Shown in pieces: positions 1-10,027 of a DNA stretch of 64,000 bases (within the stretch, counting starts at the first letter, position 1; each line of letters begins with the position of its first letter). The stretch lies in IMG/VR virus record IMGVR_UViG_3300025858_000016, positions 1 to 64,000 of that record, one strand, 5' to 3'. Source of the stretch: a virus. Lineage: Duplodnaviria > Caudoviricetes. The notes under the pieces are model-generated. The model saw nothing but the letters and a program-made list of their open reading frames with translations, did no database searches and was not told the DNA's origin. The position numbers and the translations under genes are program-made.

Positions 1-563
1 AAGTTGATAGTAATAAGTTTATGATTAAAGCTAAGTTGTGGAATAATAGTGAAGTTGCTGTGGATGCTTATAATAAGATAATGGAGTTGAAGGAAAATGG
101 CAGCACAAGAAAGGCTGGTTTTTCTATAGAAGGAAAAGCATTGGCTCGTGATCCTATGAATCCAAAAAGGATTACTAAAGCATTAATTACTAATGTTGCA
201 TTAACTTTCAATCCTGTTAATGGGAATACTTGGGCAGATATTGTTAAGGGAGTGCAGAAAGAAGATTATGTAGAACCAGATTATGAAAAAGGAGATGACA
301 CTATAGATTATATATTTGAATTTGAGAAAGATGGGAAGAAGTTTAGAGTAGGCAAAGATTATAAAGTATTTGAAGTAGTAAATAAAGCAATGGATATTTC
401 TAATACTAAACCATTAATCCCTGAATCATTAGAAAAAAAACCTAAGAGTCTTCAATTATCTGAGATTAAGAAAGCTGTTGATAATGTATTAAAACATAAA
501 TGGGTGATTGATGATAATATTGAAGTAAAAAATAAAATAATAGATTTTTTAAAAAATAATTGA
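1..563 (+). CDS. Prohead (capsid maturation) protease, C-terminal part; 5'-truncated by window edge
   Basis: Frame is open back to the window start; GFSIEG and VALTFNPVN motifs typical of phage prohead proteases; lies directly upstream of scaffold and capsid genes. Confidence 0.8.
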   Translation, partial: VDSNKFMIKAKLWNNSEVAVDAYNKIMELKENGSTRKAGFSIEGKALARDPMNPKRITKALITNVALTFNPVNGNTWADIVKGVQKEDYVEPDYEKGDDTIDYIFEFEKDGKKFRVGKDYKVFEVVNKAMDISNTKPLIPESLEKKPKSLQLSEIKKAVDNVLKHKWVIDDNIEVKNKIIDFLKNN

Positions 564-645
564 GATAAAATTTTTTTATTTACAGAATGTATTATAATTT
601 TATAGCCTTAATGTTGTTATATTTCGATATTTAATTTTGCATACA

Positions 646-1485
646 ATGAAAAATCACGATAAAATGTCCCCCGAAGAAGTTGATGAATTAAAAAAGTCTT
701 TGACAGACCTTGGTATGTCAGAAGAAGAAGTTGGTAAGATGATTGAAAAGGCAATGAAAGAAGACGAAGGTGAAGAGAAAGAAAGCGGGAAAGAAGAGAC
801 TATGGAAGAAAAAGCTGAAAAAGAGGGTGTAAAGGAAGAAAAGAAAGAAGTTGATGAACATGAAGAAGACGAAGAAGAGATGGAGAAATCAATGTCTGAT
901 GATGAATTAATAGAGAAGTGTTCTAAGTTAGAGATGAAGAAAGGTATGATTGAAAAGTCTATTAGTAGGATTAAGGCTAGATTAGGTAAAACAGAAGACA
1001 TTCATAAATCTATTGATGAAGATATTATAAAGTCAATATCTGATAGTATTGATAGTAAAATTGATACTAAATTTGAAGATATTCAAAAGTCATTGTTAGA
1101 CAGTATTGATTTAGATAAAATTAAATCAGATATTGAAAAATCAATGAAAGATGAGTTAGAAGATATACGTAAAGATGTTAAAAAGATAGGCGATACACCT
1201 ATTGGTAGAAAAGCAGTTCTTACTAGTGTTAATTTTTTCGAAAAGGGGAATTTTGATGATTTAAATGATGAGAATAAAGAAAGTAAAGAACTTTCATTTT
1301 CAAAAGATAAAGATGAAATCATAAAAGGTTTAGAAGATTTATTGTCTGAGAGTAAAGACAATGATGAGAAGGAAATTTTACAAAATGGAATTTGTGACAT
1401 TACTGTTAATAAAACCCCTACAGAACAAGGTACTCGTGCTTTGTCAATTTTACTGAGAAAGAAGAATATAACTTTTGTACAGTAG
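646..1485 (+). CDS. Capsid scaffold-like protein
   Basis: Acidic, coiled-coil, 8 [ILM]xK[SA] motifs; between protease and MCP; ATG 646 preferred over TTG 637. Confidence 0.65.
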   Translation: MKNHDKMSPEEVDELKKSLTDLGMSEEEVGKMIEKAMKEDEGEEKESGKEETMEEKAEKEGVKEEKKEVDEHEEDEEEMEKSMSDDELIEKCSKLEMKKGMIEKSISRIKARLGKTEDIHKSIDEDIIKSISDSIDSKIDTKFEDIQKSLLDSIDLDKIKSDIEKSMKDELEDIRKDVKKIGDTPIGRKAVLTSVNFFEKGNFDDLNDENKESKELSFSKDKDEIIKGLEDLLSESKDNDEKEILQNGICDITVNKTPTEQGTRALSILLRKKNITFVQ

Positions 1486-1516
1486 TATTTCGTTAGAACT
1501 AAAAATAATCCCTGAA

Positions 1517-2998
1517 ATGGACATTTTCAATCAGTTAGGCAAAAATGCTGAGAATTATTCCGATGAGGATATAATCAAAGCAATAATTGCCGGCAGTCAG
1601 ACGGGACGTGATCTAACGGATACACTGTCGTCTGGACCTTCTCTGAAACCAGAGTCTCTTGATCCGGTGGTCAAGGTTCTGGAGAATAAAGAATCCCACA
1701 TTCAATTGTGGAAACTCCTTCCTAAACAGTCAGTTTATAATACTGTTCATGAATACAATCTTTTAACATCTTATGGTGCTGATGTAGGTATTTTCATGAA
1801 TGAAGGTGAAAGTCCTGAACAGACTGATTCTATTTACAGACGTAAAGCTGCTTTAGTAAAGTATGCCGGTATTCAGGGTGAACTCACTCAGCAGGCAATG
1901 CTTGTTAGACAGGCTGATGGTAAAGACCCTTACACCAGAGAAGTTGAGAATAAAACTTTGAAACTTTTGACTCAACTCGATACTAAACTTGTTACGTCGA
2001 ATTCGTCATTGGTATCACAGGAATTCAATGGGATCAAGAAACAACATTATGATGGTATTTGTGAAATAAATGGATCTGTTAATCTTGATGTTTATATGAA
2101 TGATGTTTCAAATATAGACGTTCGTGGTAAAGCATTAAAAGATGCTAATGTTGAAGATGCTTCTCATGCAGTTATTAATGATCGCTTCGGTGATGTATCT
2201 AAGATCATTAGTAATCCTGTTGTTTTTAATGACTATGTGAAACGCTTCCACGAGTCAAAGAGAATCATGGTAAATAATCCTACATCAGGGACTGAAGGAG
2301 CTACTATGGGTCAGAAGGTAAATACCATTATGACTCAGTTTGGTCCTACCGATGTTACTCAGGATATTTTCTTTGATCGTAGAGTTGCTAAAGCATATAA
2401 TGCTGCATCCACAAATGCTAAGGCACCGGCTACTCCTACACTTGTTAATAACACTTGTTTAGTTATTGTATCTGCTGATACGAAAACTAAGTTTACTGAC
2501 AGTGCTGGTTCATATTTCTATGCTGTATCTGCTATTAACCAATATGGTGAATCAGCATTACAGATTTGTAATACAACTACTAAAGCAATTGGTACTACCG
2601 AGTCTCTTGATATTACTTTTGCTGCTGGTGTTGGTACTTATGCTGCTACGGCATATAGGATTTATAGAACTGAGAAGAATGCAGCTAATTATACCACTGC
2701 AAAGTTTTATCCTATCATTGAAGTGACTTCTGCTGAGTTTACTACTGGTTATGATGGAGCAACTGGTGGTGTAGTAAGAGACAGAAACAGGACTCTTCCT
2801 AATACTCACATTGCATTGGTTATGGATCCTAACACAGAGATGTGGGAGTACATTCAGTTAGCAGCTACTATGAAGATTGACTTCGCTATTACTACTTTAG
2901 CACGTAGATTCGCCGTTGTCAACTATGGTACGCCTGTTCTTTATATGCCCGGTAAAATTGCAGTTATTCATAATATTGGCCGAGATTTAACTGCATAA
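1517..2998 (+). CDS. Major capsid protein (SPO1/Twort-like)
   Basis: IIKA propeptide-like site, SLKPESLD, VYNTVHEYN, F.NEGE, C-terminal YGTPVLYMPGKIAVIHNIG resemble Herelleviridae MCPs; followed by a terminator; ATG 1517 likely start. Confidence 0.85.
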   Translation: MDIFNQLGKNAENYSDEDIIKAIIAGSQTGRDLTDTLSSGPSLKPESLDPVVKVLENKESHIQLWKLLPKQSVYNTVHEYNLLTSYGADVGIFMNEGESPEQTDSIYRRKAALVKYAGIQGELTQQAMLVRQADGKDPYTREVENKTLKLLTQLDTKLVTSNSSLVSQEFNGIKKQHYDGICEINGSVNLDVYMNDVSNIDVRGKALKDANVEDASHAVINDRFGDVSKIISNPVVFNDYVKRFHESKRIMVNNPTSGTEGATMGQKVNTIMTQFGPTDVTQDIFFDRRVAKAYNAASTNAKAPATPTLVNNTCLVIVSADTKTKFTDSAGSYFYAVSAINQYGESALQICNTTTKAIGTTESLDITFAAGVGTYAATAYRIYRTEKNAANYTTAKFYPIIEVTSAEFTTGYDGATGGVVRDRNRTLPNTHIALVMDPNTEMWEYIQLAATMKIDFAITTLARRFAVVNYGTPVLYMPGKIAVIHNIGRDLTA

Positions 2999-3009
2999 TA
3001 ATTATTAAT

Positions 3010-3045
3010 GGTAGTGGGAAGATGAAATACTCTTCCCATTATTTT
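3010..3045 (+). terminator. Rho-independent terminator after MCP
   Basis: Stem GTGGGAAGA/TCTTCCCAT followed by a T-rich tail. Confidence 0.7.
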
Positions 3046-3066
3046 AACAATTTTAATCGTAAAAAG

Positions 3067-3612
3067 ATGGCAAAAGTTAAAATTCAATCAAGTGAATCTA
3101 CTAATTTTGGTAGAAAAGTAATGTTTCATGAAGATGAGATAGAATTTGATAAATTAGGGTATGCAGAAGTAGATGAGAAATTAGCTGATAAGTTAGTTAA
3201 TAATTATCCAGGATGGATTTTTAAAGAAAGTGCCCCTAAGAAGGAAATTAAGAAGAATGATGATTCTGTAAAAGAAATAGCTAAACTTGAAGAAGAGATT
3301 GTTAGATTGAAGGATATTATTGAAACAAGGGAGTCATCTATTAAGGTTTTAGAAGATGAGATTATAGAATGGAAGGGATTAGTACAAACTTTGAAATCAG
3401 ATAAGGAAGAGGCAGAATTTAAGTTATCAGAATATGAAACACAATCTAAGAAGATTGTTGATGAGTTGAATTTAAAAGTATCATTACAAGGTAAAACTGT
3501 GGCTGGATTAATTGAAATTTGTAATAAAATGAATTTACCTGAAGAAAGATTTAAGGAATTGCAAAAGAAAGATGAAATAATAAATGTTATTCTTGAAGCA
3601 AGTAGACAATAA
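3067..3612 (+). CDS. Coiled-coil virion-associated hypothetical protein with possible C-terminal HeH/Rho-N-like motif
   Basis: Likely start MAKVKIQ downstream of the terminator (ORF-track start 3022 is inside the hairpin); long heptad region. Confidence 0.55.
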   Translation: MAKVKIQSSESTNFGRKVMFHEDEIEFDKLGYAEVDEKLADKLVNNYPGWIFKESAPKKEIKKNDDSVKEIAKLEEEIVRLKDIIETRESSIKVLEDEIIEWKGLVQTLKSDKEEAEFKLSEYETQSKKIVDELNLKVSLQGKTVAGLIEICNKMNLPEERFKELQKKDEIINVILEASRQ

Positions 3613-3621
3613 TTAAATGAA

Positions 3622-4422
3622 ATGCCCACATTAACTTACGTAACAAAGTATAGAAAAAATGAAGGACTCGTTATTTCTCCTCAGGAATTAACGAGTCTTT
3701 ATTTTTATGGGATTAGCACTAGAGCTAAAGATGGCTCTCAATTGTCTGATTCTACAATACGTATGTATATATTGGCAGCCCAACAGGAGATTGAGAAGTT
3801 TTTAGAAATTCGTTTTAACAAGAAGTTTATTGAACAAACTAATACTTATTATAAGGATGATTATTGGCAGGGATTTCCAGTCATACATACTAAATTGCCT
3901 GTTGCTTCACCATTATCATTAACTGGTTATCTTAACAATGTAGAACAAATAAAATACCCTAAAGATTGGTTGAATACTAAGAAAGACAACGAAGGTCATT
4001 ATTATAAGAAGATAAGTCTAATACCTACTGGTTCAACTACAAGTAGAGCAAATGCTGATATTATTTTAACAGGTATTACAGCATATTTAGGTTTGACAAG
4101 TTATGGTCAGGTACCTAATTACTTTACTGTACAATATATTACTGGTTATGATTATGATGATTTACCTATGGATTTAATAAATCTAGTAGGTAAATTGGCT
4201 GCTATTGGTTTATTTGCCGTATTAGGTGATATCATACTTGGTTCTCCGGGTATAACTGGTATATCTCTTGGTATGGATGGCTTATCACAAAGTATAAATA
4301 CTAGTATGAGTACTGGTAATCATGCATTTGGGGCTCGAGTTAAACAATACATTGAAGAGATAAATAATTCACTAGGTAGAATCAAAGCATTTTATAAAGG
4401 TATAACACTTTCAGTATTATAG
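3622..4422 (+). CDS. Head-tail adaptor / neck protein
   Basis: Position after MCP; YITGY..LP.DL..LVGKLA and SLGMDGLSQSINT resemble Herelleviridae adaptor proteins. Confidence 0.6.
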   Translation: MPTLTYVTKYRKNEGLVISPQELTSLYFYGISTRAKDGSQLSDSTIRMYILAAQQEIEKFLEIRFNKKFIEQTNTYYKDDYWQGFPVIHTKLPVASPLSLTGYLNNVEQIKYPKDWLNTKKDNEGHYYKKISLIPTGSTTSRANADIILTGITAYLGLTSYGQVPNYFTVQYITGYDYDDLPMDLINLVGKLAAIGLFAVLGDIILGSPGITGISLGMDGLSQSINTSMSTGNHAFGARVKQYIEEINNSLGRIKAFYKGITLSVL

Positions 4423-4425
4423 ATT

Positions 4426-5541
4426 ATGGGTATTAGAACACAGACACCTCCCAACTTGGTTGGTATGCCAAAGGTTAATGTCTTTAATAAAGAAGACTTT
4501 AATGCTGCTTTATGGGAGAATGGTTATGATGTTATATTAGAAGAAGCTATAGCATGTCCCTGTAAAGGACAGAGTTCTGATAATTTGAGTACTTGTAGTA
4601 ATTGTTTGGGGACTGGTTGGGTATTTGTGAATCCTATTAAGACGAAGGCTTTTATTACGTCTATAAATCGTAATACTAAGTATAAAGATTGGTCTCCTGA
4701 GATGATAGGCACGGTGGCTTGTACATTTATGGATACAAATAGAATTAGTTTTATGGATAAGATTACTATGTTAAATTTTACAAGTGAAATGAGTGAAGTA
4801 TTGTCATTGAGAAATTATAATAGTCATAAATTTGTATTTTGTACATATAGAGTAAGTTATGTAAAGAGTATATTTTTGTTTAGTAGTGATAATGAATTAT
4901 TGACATTGGTTGACCCTAGTTTGTATTCTATTAATACTAATAATAATTTCGTTATAGATATAGATCCATCAGTATTCCCTGTTGGTTTTAATGGTAAAGT
5001 TAGTGTCAGATATCGTCATAGAACTACTTATAATATATTAGATATACCTCATGATATGAGGATGACAAAAGAATATAGTAATAATGGTACAAAGAGTGTG
5101 GTGGAGATGCCTATACAATGTATAGCACGTAAGTCACAGTATGAATTGGGTTCTGTTACTAATTATGAGGGAGACAACGTAAATGATAATTCTTATCTGT
5201 ATTCAGATATATCAGCAATAGTATTCCCTCCTATTACTGGAGAAGCACCTCCATTGTTAAAAGGAGATAAGGGGGATAGAGGGGATGATGGTAAATCAGC
5301 ATATCAATCATATTTAGATACAACTGATGATGATCCTGTTTTAAGTGAAGAAGAATGGTCTGCAACTTTTCAACAAGTACAATCAGATTGGACTGAAACT
5401 GAAGTAGAAAGTAAGAGTTTTATATTGAATAAACCTGCATTAGGCAGTATTAGTTCTAAGAATTTTTGGTCTGGAACACTAACAGCTTATAATGCTATTG
5501 TAGCAAAAGATAGTAATACTATTTATTATATTGAAGAGTAA
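4426..5541 (+). CDS. Neck/head-closure protein with C-terminal collagen-like fibre-type extension
   Basis: CPC...CxxCxGxG zinc motif typical of Herelleviridae neck proteins; C-terminal GDKGDRGDDGKSAYQ, QSDW..FILNKP and W.GT..YNAI..KD.NTIYYI fibre motifs. Confidence 0.55.
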   Translation: MGIRTQTPPNLVGMPKVNVFNKEDFNAALWENGYDVILEEAIACPCKGQSSDNLSTCSNCLGTGWVFVNPIKTKAFITSINRNTKYKDWSPEMIGTVACTFMDTNRISFMDKITMLNFTSEMSEVLSLRNYNSHKFVFCTYRVSYVKSIFLFSSDNELLTLVDPSLYSINTNNNFVIDIDPSVFPVGFNGKVSVRYRHRTTYNILDIPHDMRMTKEYSNNGTKSVVEMPIQCIARKSQYELGSVTNYEGDNVNDNSYLYSDISAIVFPPITGEAPPLLKGDKGDRGDDGKSAYQSYLDTTDDDPVLSEEEWSATFQQVQSDWTETEVESKSFILNKPALGSISSKNFWSGTLTAYNAIVAKDSNTIYYIEE

Positions 5542-6281
5542 TGCCGATACATATAGGTACATCAAGTTCAAATCAACAAAAGATAAGCTTTGGAGATACA
5601 CAGTATCAGAGAGTTTATGTTGGTAATAAATTAGTATGGCAGAAAGTTGTAAGTTATCCAATAACATTTTCTTCAGATATTGGTACATATTATGCACAAC
5701 AGACTAACCCAGTTACTAAGTCTATTTTTATACCTTCTAATGTAACATTTATAGTTCTTACTATAAAGAGTGTTGGTTTTTCTGGGAAGAGAATATATGG
5801 TATCCCTACTTTAGGTGGAATTGGAATGACTCAAGTTGGGGATTATATCAATAACGGAAATGCTGAGATGTGGTATTTGAATTCTCCTTTAACTGGGAGT
5901 ACTATATTAAGTGTTCCGAATTCTGGATCAGCTAATTTACATATTGCTATTTCAGGGTATATTTGTGCTAAACCAGTTGTTCTTGAAAGTTATAAATATA
6001 ATTTATTAAATGTTGGGTCTACAGTATCAACTAATTGTGCTCTCCCTATTGGTAAAAATTTATTAGTAACAGATTCTGGAGTTATTTATACTGGAACAAG
6101 TATTAATTATTTATCATATAGTGATCAAATAATATTTATTGGAGTAAATGGTGGAGTTTTTGGTTCTTTTTGTCAAAGAAAATTAATATCAAATAATATT
6201 CTTGAAAATTATTCTATGTGGTGGAATTTCACAACATCACATACTGTTGATCATTTAGTTGCAGTATTTTCTGGGACTTAG
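5541..6281 (+). CDS. Putative fibre/decoration (beta-rich) protein
   Basis: N-terminal QRVYVGNKLVWQ motif common in phage fibre proteins; start overlaps previous stop (TAATG). Confidence 0.45.
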   Translation: MPIHIGTSSSNQQKISFGDTQYQRVYVGNKLVWQKVVSYPITFSSDIGTYYAQQTNPVTKSIFIPSNVTFIVLTIKSVGFSGKRIYGIPTLGGIGMTQVGDYINNGNAEMWYLNSPLTGSTILSVPNSGSANLHIAISGYICAKPVVLESYKYNLLNVGSTVSTNCALPIGKNLLVTDSGVIYTGTSINYLSYSDQIIFIGVNGGVFGSFCQRKLISNNILENYSMWWNFTTSHTVDHLVAVFSGT

Positions 6282-6315
6282 TTAAAAATAATTAGTTAAA
6301 AACATATAATTTCGG

Positions 6316-6335
6316 AAGATTTTTATTAATTTTAA
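6316..6335 (+). promoter_or_regulatory. Phage promoter-like motif AAGATTTTTATTAATTTTAA
   Basis: Identical 20-mer at 52299-52318; both copies are intergenic, 16-19 nt before an ATG. Confidence 0.55.
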
Positions 6336-6354
6336 AGCCTTAAATTAAACTACA

Positions 6355-7473
6355 ATGGCAGACATATATAAAAGTGTTCATGAGAATCAGCTTAGAAACA
6401 GGCTGCATCTATTACATGTGATAGATGTTGATTCTGCTAATATCAGCAAAGCATTTGCTCCAGATATTAAGAAGGCTAAAGATTCAGCTAAAGAAGAGAA
6501 GATACGTAAAGTGATGAAAGAATTTAAAGAAGGGACATTAAAGAGTTCAAGCGGAGAATTGGTTACTGATAGAAAACAAGCAATAGCAATAGCTATTAGT
6601 GAAGCTGATAATATTGAAAAATCAGATGACGCTGATACTGATAGTAGTGAGGAATCTATTGAGAAAGCACAGAAAGCTAATATTGGAGACATTCATGTAT
6701 GGGGTGATAGACGTTATCGTAAGATTGCTAATGGTAAATGGGTTGAAGTAAGTGAGAGTCATGGTATAAGTAAGAGAGAACATGAATATCAATCAGAATA
6801 TGCAAAAGAGATGTCAGAAAGACCGTCACTTCATACTCAAAAATATAAAGATGACGAAAAATGGCACAAAAATGAAGCTTCTAAACTTTCTGACAAAGAA
6901 TATACTGATGAAGAAGTGGGAAGAGGGAAGAAGGAGTTATCAGTAGATGATATGGAGAAGTTTTTGAAAGATAAAAACTTCTTTGTTGGAGGGTTAAATG
7001 ATGAACAAATAAAGTTTTATTATGAACAATTGAAGAATGAAGATAATAATGTTCAAAAATCTGTCTTCGATGAGATTCAAGAGAACATAGAAAAGTCTCT
7101 TAATTCTGTTAGTACTAAGGTAAGTGAAGAATTGTTTGATGAGATAGAGAAGTCTATTAGTCATAAGTATTTTAAACGTGAAGGTACTCCGGGTAATTAT
7201 AAGTATTACTATACAGAAGAAGAATATAAGAATAAATATGAGAAGACTAATGAAGAAAATGGTAAAGTATATTTGATGGGTAAAACAGTTGTAGATGTTT
7301 TGGGTGAAGTAGAGAAGAATGGTAAAAAATATATTAAAGTTTCTGAACCACAATCTGGTCATTATTCTTTAATACCTAAGGAAACATATGGAGATCGTGT
7401 TAAGGAACTTTCAAATAAGGAATATCAAGATTTGATTAATCCTCCACTAGGAGCTTACCCATCTAATGATTAA
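6355..7473 (+). CDS. Putative internal head polyprotein (DUF6496-like and other small modules)
   Basis: KVMKEFKEGTLKSSSG..VTDRKQAIAIAISEA module; eight [IV]xK[SA] motifs like those in the scaffold; own upstream promoter-like motif. Confidence 0.5.
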   Translation: MADIYKSVHENQLRNRLHLLHVIDVDSANISKAFAPDIKKAKDSAKEEKIRKVMKEFKEGTLKSSSGELVTDRKQAIAIAISEADNIEKSDDADTDSSEESIEKAQKANIGDIHVWGDRRYRKIANGKWVEVSESHGISKREHEYQSEYAKEMSERPSLHTQKYKDDEKWHKNEASKLSDKEYTDEEVGRGKKELSVDDMEKFLKDKNFFVGGLNDEQIKFYYEQLKNEDNNVQKSVFDEIQENIEKSLNSVSTKVSEELFDEIEKSISHKYFKREGTPGNYKYYYTEEEYKNKYEKTNEENGKVYLMGKTVVDVLGEVEKNGKKYIKVSEPQSGHYSLIPKETYGDRVKELSNKEYQDLINPPLGAYPSND

Positions 7474-8237
7474 TGTTTAATATTTCTTTCGATATATCAG
7501 AAACAGTTCAAGAATTTAGTCTCCAACAGATAGAAGTAGATTCACTATCTGATTATTTGTTAGATCGTATTGTAGATGAGATAATGGGTAAGTGGGAAGG
7601 ATTAGTTGATAGTTCTTTGAATGATACACGTGATGAGTATAGAAGGTCAATGTATACTGATCGGCCAGATAGTAGAACAGCTATTATAGGTTTAACAGCA
7701 AGAGAAAGTAAGTTGGCTATGATGATAGAGACTGGGGCAGATGCTTTTGATGAGAAAGTTGGTTTTGAGAATAGTAAGTTACGTCATGAAAAGAAAGCAG
7801 GTGGGTGGTACTTAACAATTCCTTTTAGGCATGCAACTTCAGAGTCTATAATGAGCATGATGGTACCAGGTATTAATGCATCAGTGTTAGACTTTATGAA
7901 ATCTGGTAATGTAATGAAACAATCTAATTTGCCTGAACCATTTGGCGAGATACAGACACATCAATTACAGTTAAATACAGGGACATTAATAACGTATAAG
8001 CATAAGGCTCCTATTTATGAGGGGCTACATAGAAGAGATATTAGTTCAACCGAAAAAGAAAAACGTGGTGGGTATTTTACATTTAGAAGAGTAAGTGATA
8101 ATTCAGATCCAGAAGCATGGATTCATCCTGGTTTTGAAGCAAAAGAATTAATGGAGAAAGCAGTAGAACAATCACAAGTAGATAGAGTTGTAGATAATGC
8201 TGTTCAAGATTGGTTGGATACAAAATTTAGTAACTAA
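7473..8237 (+). CDS. Neck/tail-completion-type virion protein
   Basis: GGWYLTIPFRH and YFTFRRVSDNSDPEAWIHPG resemble Herelleviridae morphogenesis proteins; gene position. Confidence 0.55.
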   Translation: MFNISFDISETVQEFSLQQIEVDSLSDYLLDRIVDEIMGKWEGLVDSSLNDTRDEYRRSMYTDRPDSRTAIIGLTARESKLAMMIETGADAFDEKVGFENSKLRHEKKAGGWYLTIPFRHATSESIMSMMVPGINASVLDFMKSGNVMKQSNLPEPFGEIQTHQLQLNTGTLITYKHKAPIYEGLHRRDISSTEKEKRGGYFTFRRVSDNSDPEAWIHPGFEAKELMEKAVEQSQVDRVVDNAVQDWLDTKFSN

Positions 8238-9154
8238 TGGAAATTTCAATAGTAAAATTAAAGAAAGTTGTTGATGGTCTTATTGACTGGGTTAGAGATG
8301 ATTTAGTTGATAATGAACTGACTCCTAATAGTAGTTGGCTATATACTGTATTTAATGATGTTATTTTAGATGATCATAATTTTTATACTCAGTTAAGAGA
8401 ATTGATTATAAGAGGAGATGAAGATAGTAGAAAGTTTGAGACGAGGCTAATGTTTGATAAAGAGAGGGCTAATTTGCCTACTTTACATATTCATTATCCT
8501 AATGAAGATGCTAGTGGTGATAATACTGTCACTATGGGGTATTTGAGAGATATTGATGTAAATGGAATTGAAACAGATTTTTACTCACGTTCTTTTATAG
8601 GCCAATACGAATTAATTATAACTGGGGGTAATTCATTAGAGGTTGTGATGTTGTATGAATTTATGGATGCCTTGCTAATAGCAGCTGCAGATACATTAAC
8701 TTATAATTTTGATATATATAAGTTTAATGGAAAACAATTGATGTCAAATCCAGATATTATTCCTTATTTGACTTTCTATCGTTCTATTGGTATATCAATA
8801 CAAGCTAAAAAGATTGTTCCATCTTTAATTAGAAGAGTTTCAGGTAAAGATGTTACATTTGTAGGTGACTATTATACGGATAATCAAAAAGAGGGTTTAG
8901 GAGTATCTGTAAGTATAGAATCAAGTAATTTAGGTGATATATATACATTTAATGCAACAATTGTAAGTATAGCAAATGTTTATAGTATAAAATGGTACAT
9001 GAATAATGTTGAGATATCAGATCAATATGATTTTGAATTAGAGTTGACTCTTGCCACTACTGGCAGTTATGTTATAAAGTGTGAAGTAAGTAATCATTTA
9101 GGATTGATTCCTAATCCTGCTACATCGAATGAAATCACAATAACAGTATCATAA
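8237..9154 (+). CDS. Tail terminator-like protein with C-terminal Ig-like domain
   Basis: Gene position; C-terminal YSIKWYMN...GSYVIKCEVSN pattern is Ig/PKD-like. Confidence 0.45.
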   Translation: MEISIVKLKKVVDGLIDWVRDDLVDNELTPNSSWLYTVFNDVILDDHNFYTQLRELIIRGDEDSRKFETRLMFDKERANLPTLHIHYPNEDASGDNTVTMGYLRDIDVNGIETDFYSRSFIGQYELIITGGNSLEVVMLYEFMDALLIAAADTLTYNFDIYKFNGKQLMSNPDIIPYLTFYRSIGISIQAKKIVPSLIRRVSGKDVTFVGDYYTDNQKEGLGVSVSIESSNLGDIYTFNATIVSIANVYSIKWYMNNVEISDQYDFELELTLATTGSYVIKCEVSNHLGLIPNPATSNEITITVS

Positions 9155-9155
9155 T

Positions 9156-9863
9156 ATGAAAGATGTTCACTATAATCTGAAACCAAATGAGATGACATTT
9201 GGTAGAGAATTAAATGAAGAATTACGTTCTGTTGATGAGAATTTTAAAGACTTAACACAAAGTATTGAAAATTTGTCAGGATTAAGTCTTACTGAAGATG
9301 AAGTTTCTGGTATAAATAATGCAAATGATTTGAGCGGAGATAATCCTGTAGCAACTATTGCAGACATACCATTTTTGGAGTATAATTCATTTTTAACTCA
9401 GCAGTTAGTTTCAACAACAAGCGGAGAGTTGGTTGTTGGTAAAACATATAATATAGCAGAGGTTTTATTGACTGATGATTTTAGTAACGTGGGGTATGTT
9501 GAAGCTGGAATAGATTTTGTTGCAACCGGAACAACACCTACCACATGGACGAACAGCACTGTTGTTGTTAATCAAACGGATTCTGCTCCACAAGCATTAG
9601 TATTATACGATACTATTTTTGGTATTACCTATGAACGTGTTGCTGCAGGGAGTTTTAATGCAATAAGTGATGGTAAATTTGTAGAGGATATGACAAACCC
9701 ATATTCTGCAGTTGGTTTTGATATTCTCGGCAATAAATTTACTGCTGAATGGGTTGATATAAATACTATCAGGTTACATACATATCTTGCAGATGATTTG
9801 GAGACATTAGCAGATGGTGTTTTTACAAAACAGGAGTTTAACATAAGAGTACGTAAATCATAA
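9156..9863 (+). CDS. Putative fibre/decoration protein
   Basis: N-terminus paralogous to 11559; LVVGKTY.I...DFSNVG...G..FVATGT motif seen in phage fibres. Confidence 0.45.
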   Translation: MKDVHYNLKPNEMTFGRELNEELRSVDENFKDLTQSIENLSGLSLTEDEVSGINNANDLSGDNPVATIADIPFLEYNSFLTQQLVSTTSGELVVGKTYNIAEVLLTDDFSNVGYVEAGIDFVATGTTPTTWTNSTVVVNQTDSAPQALVLYDTIFGITYERVAAGSFNAISDGKFVEDMTNPYSAVGFDILGNKFTAEWVDINTIRLHTYLADDLETLADGVFTKQEFNIRVRKS

Positions 9864-9866
9864 TTT

Positions 9867-10022
9867 ATGTCAACTTTTGGAGACACATTCGGAAAGACTT
9901 GGGTTCCACTTGGCTCAAAGTTGAACTATCCGGTTATACCAGATAGTGCATTGACTTTTGAAGGAGAATCAGAATACATAACTTTTGAAAACGAATCGGA
10001 AGTAATAACTTTTGAAAATTAA
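9867..10022 (+). CDS. Small 51-aa protein with TFE-x-ESE repeats (not in ORF track)
   Basis: Translated by hand: MSTFGDTFGKTWVPLGSKLNYPVIPDSALTFEGESEYITFENESEVITFEN; fills the gap between neighbours. Confidence 0.6.
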   Translation: MSTFGDTFGKTWVPLGSKLNYPVIPDSALTFEGESEYITFENESEVITFEN

Positions 10023-10027
10023 ACGAC

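Noticed and set aside
3022-3066. N-terminal extension of the post-MCP gene
   Set aside because: Start lies inside the MCP terminator hairpin; ATG 3067 has the A-rich leader typical of this genome.
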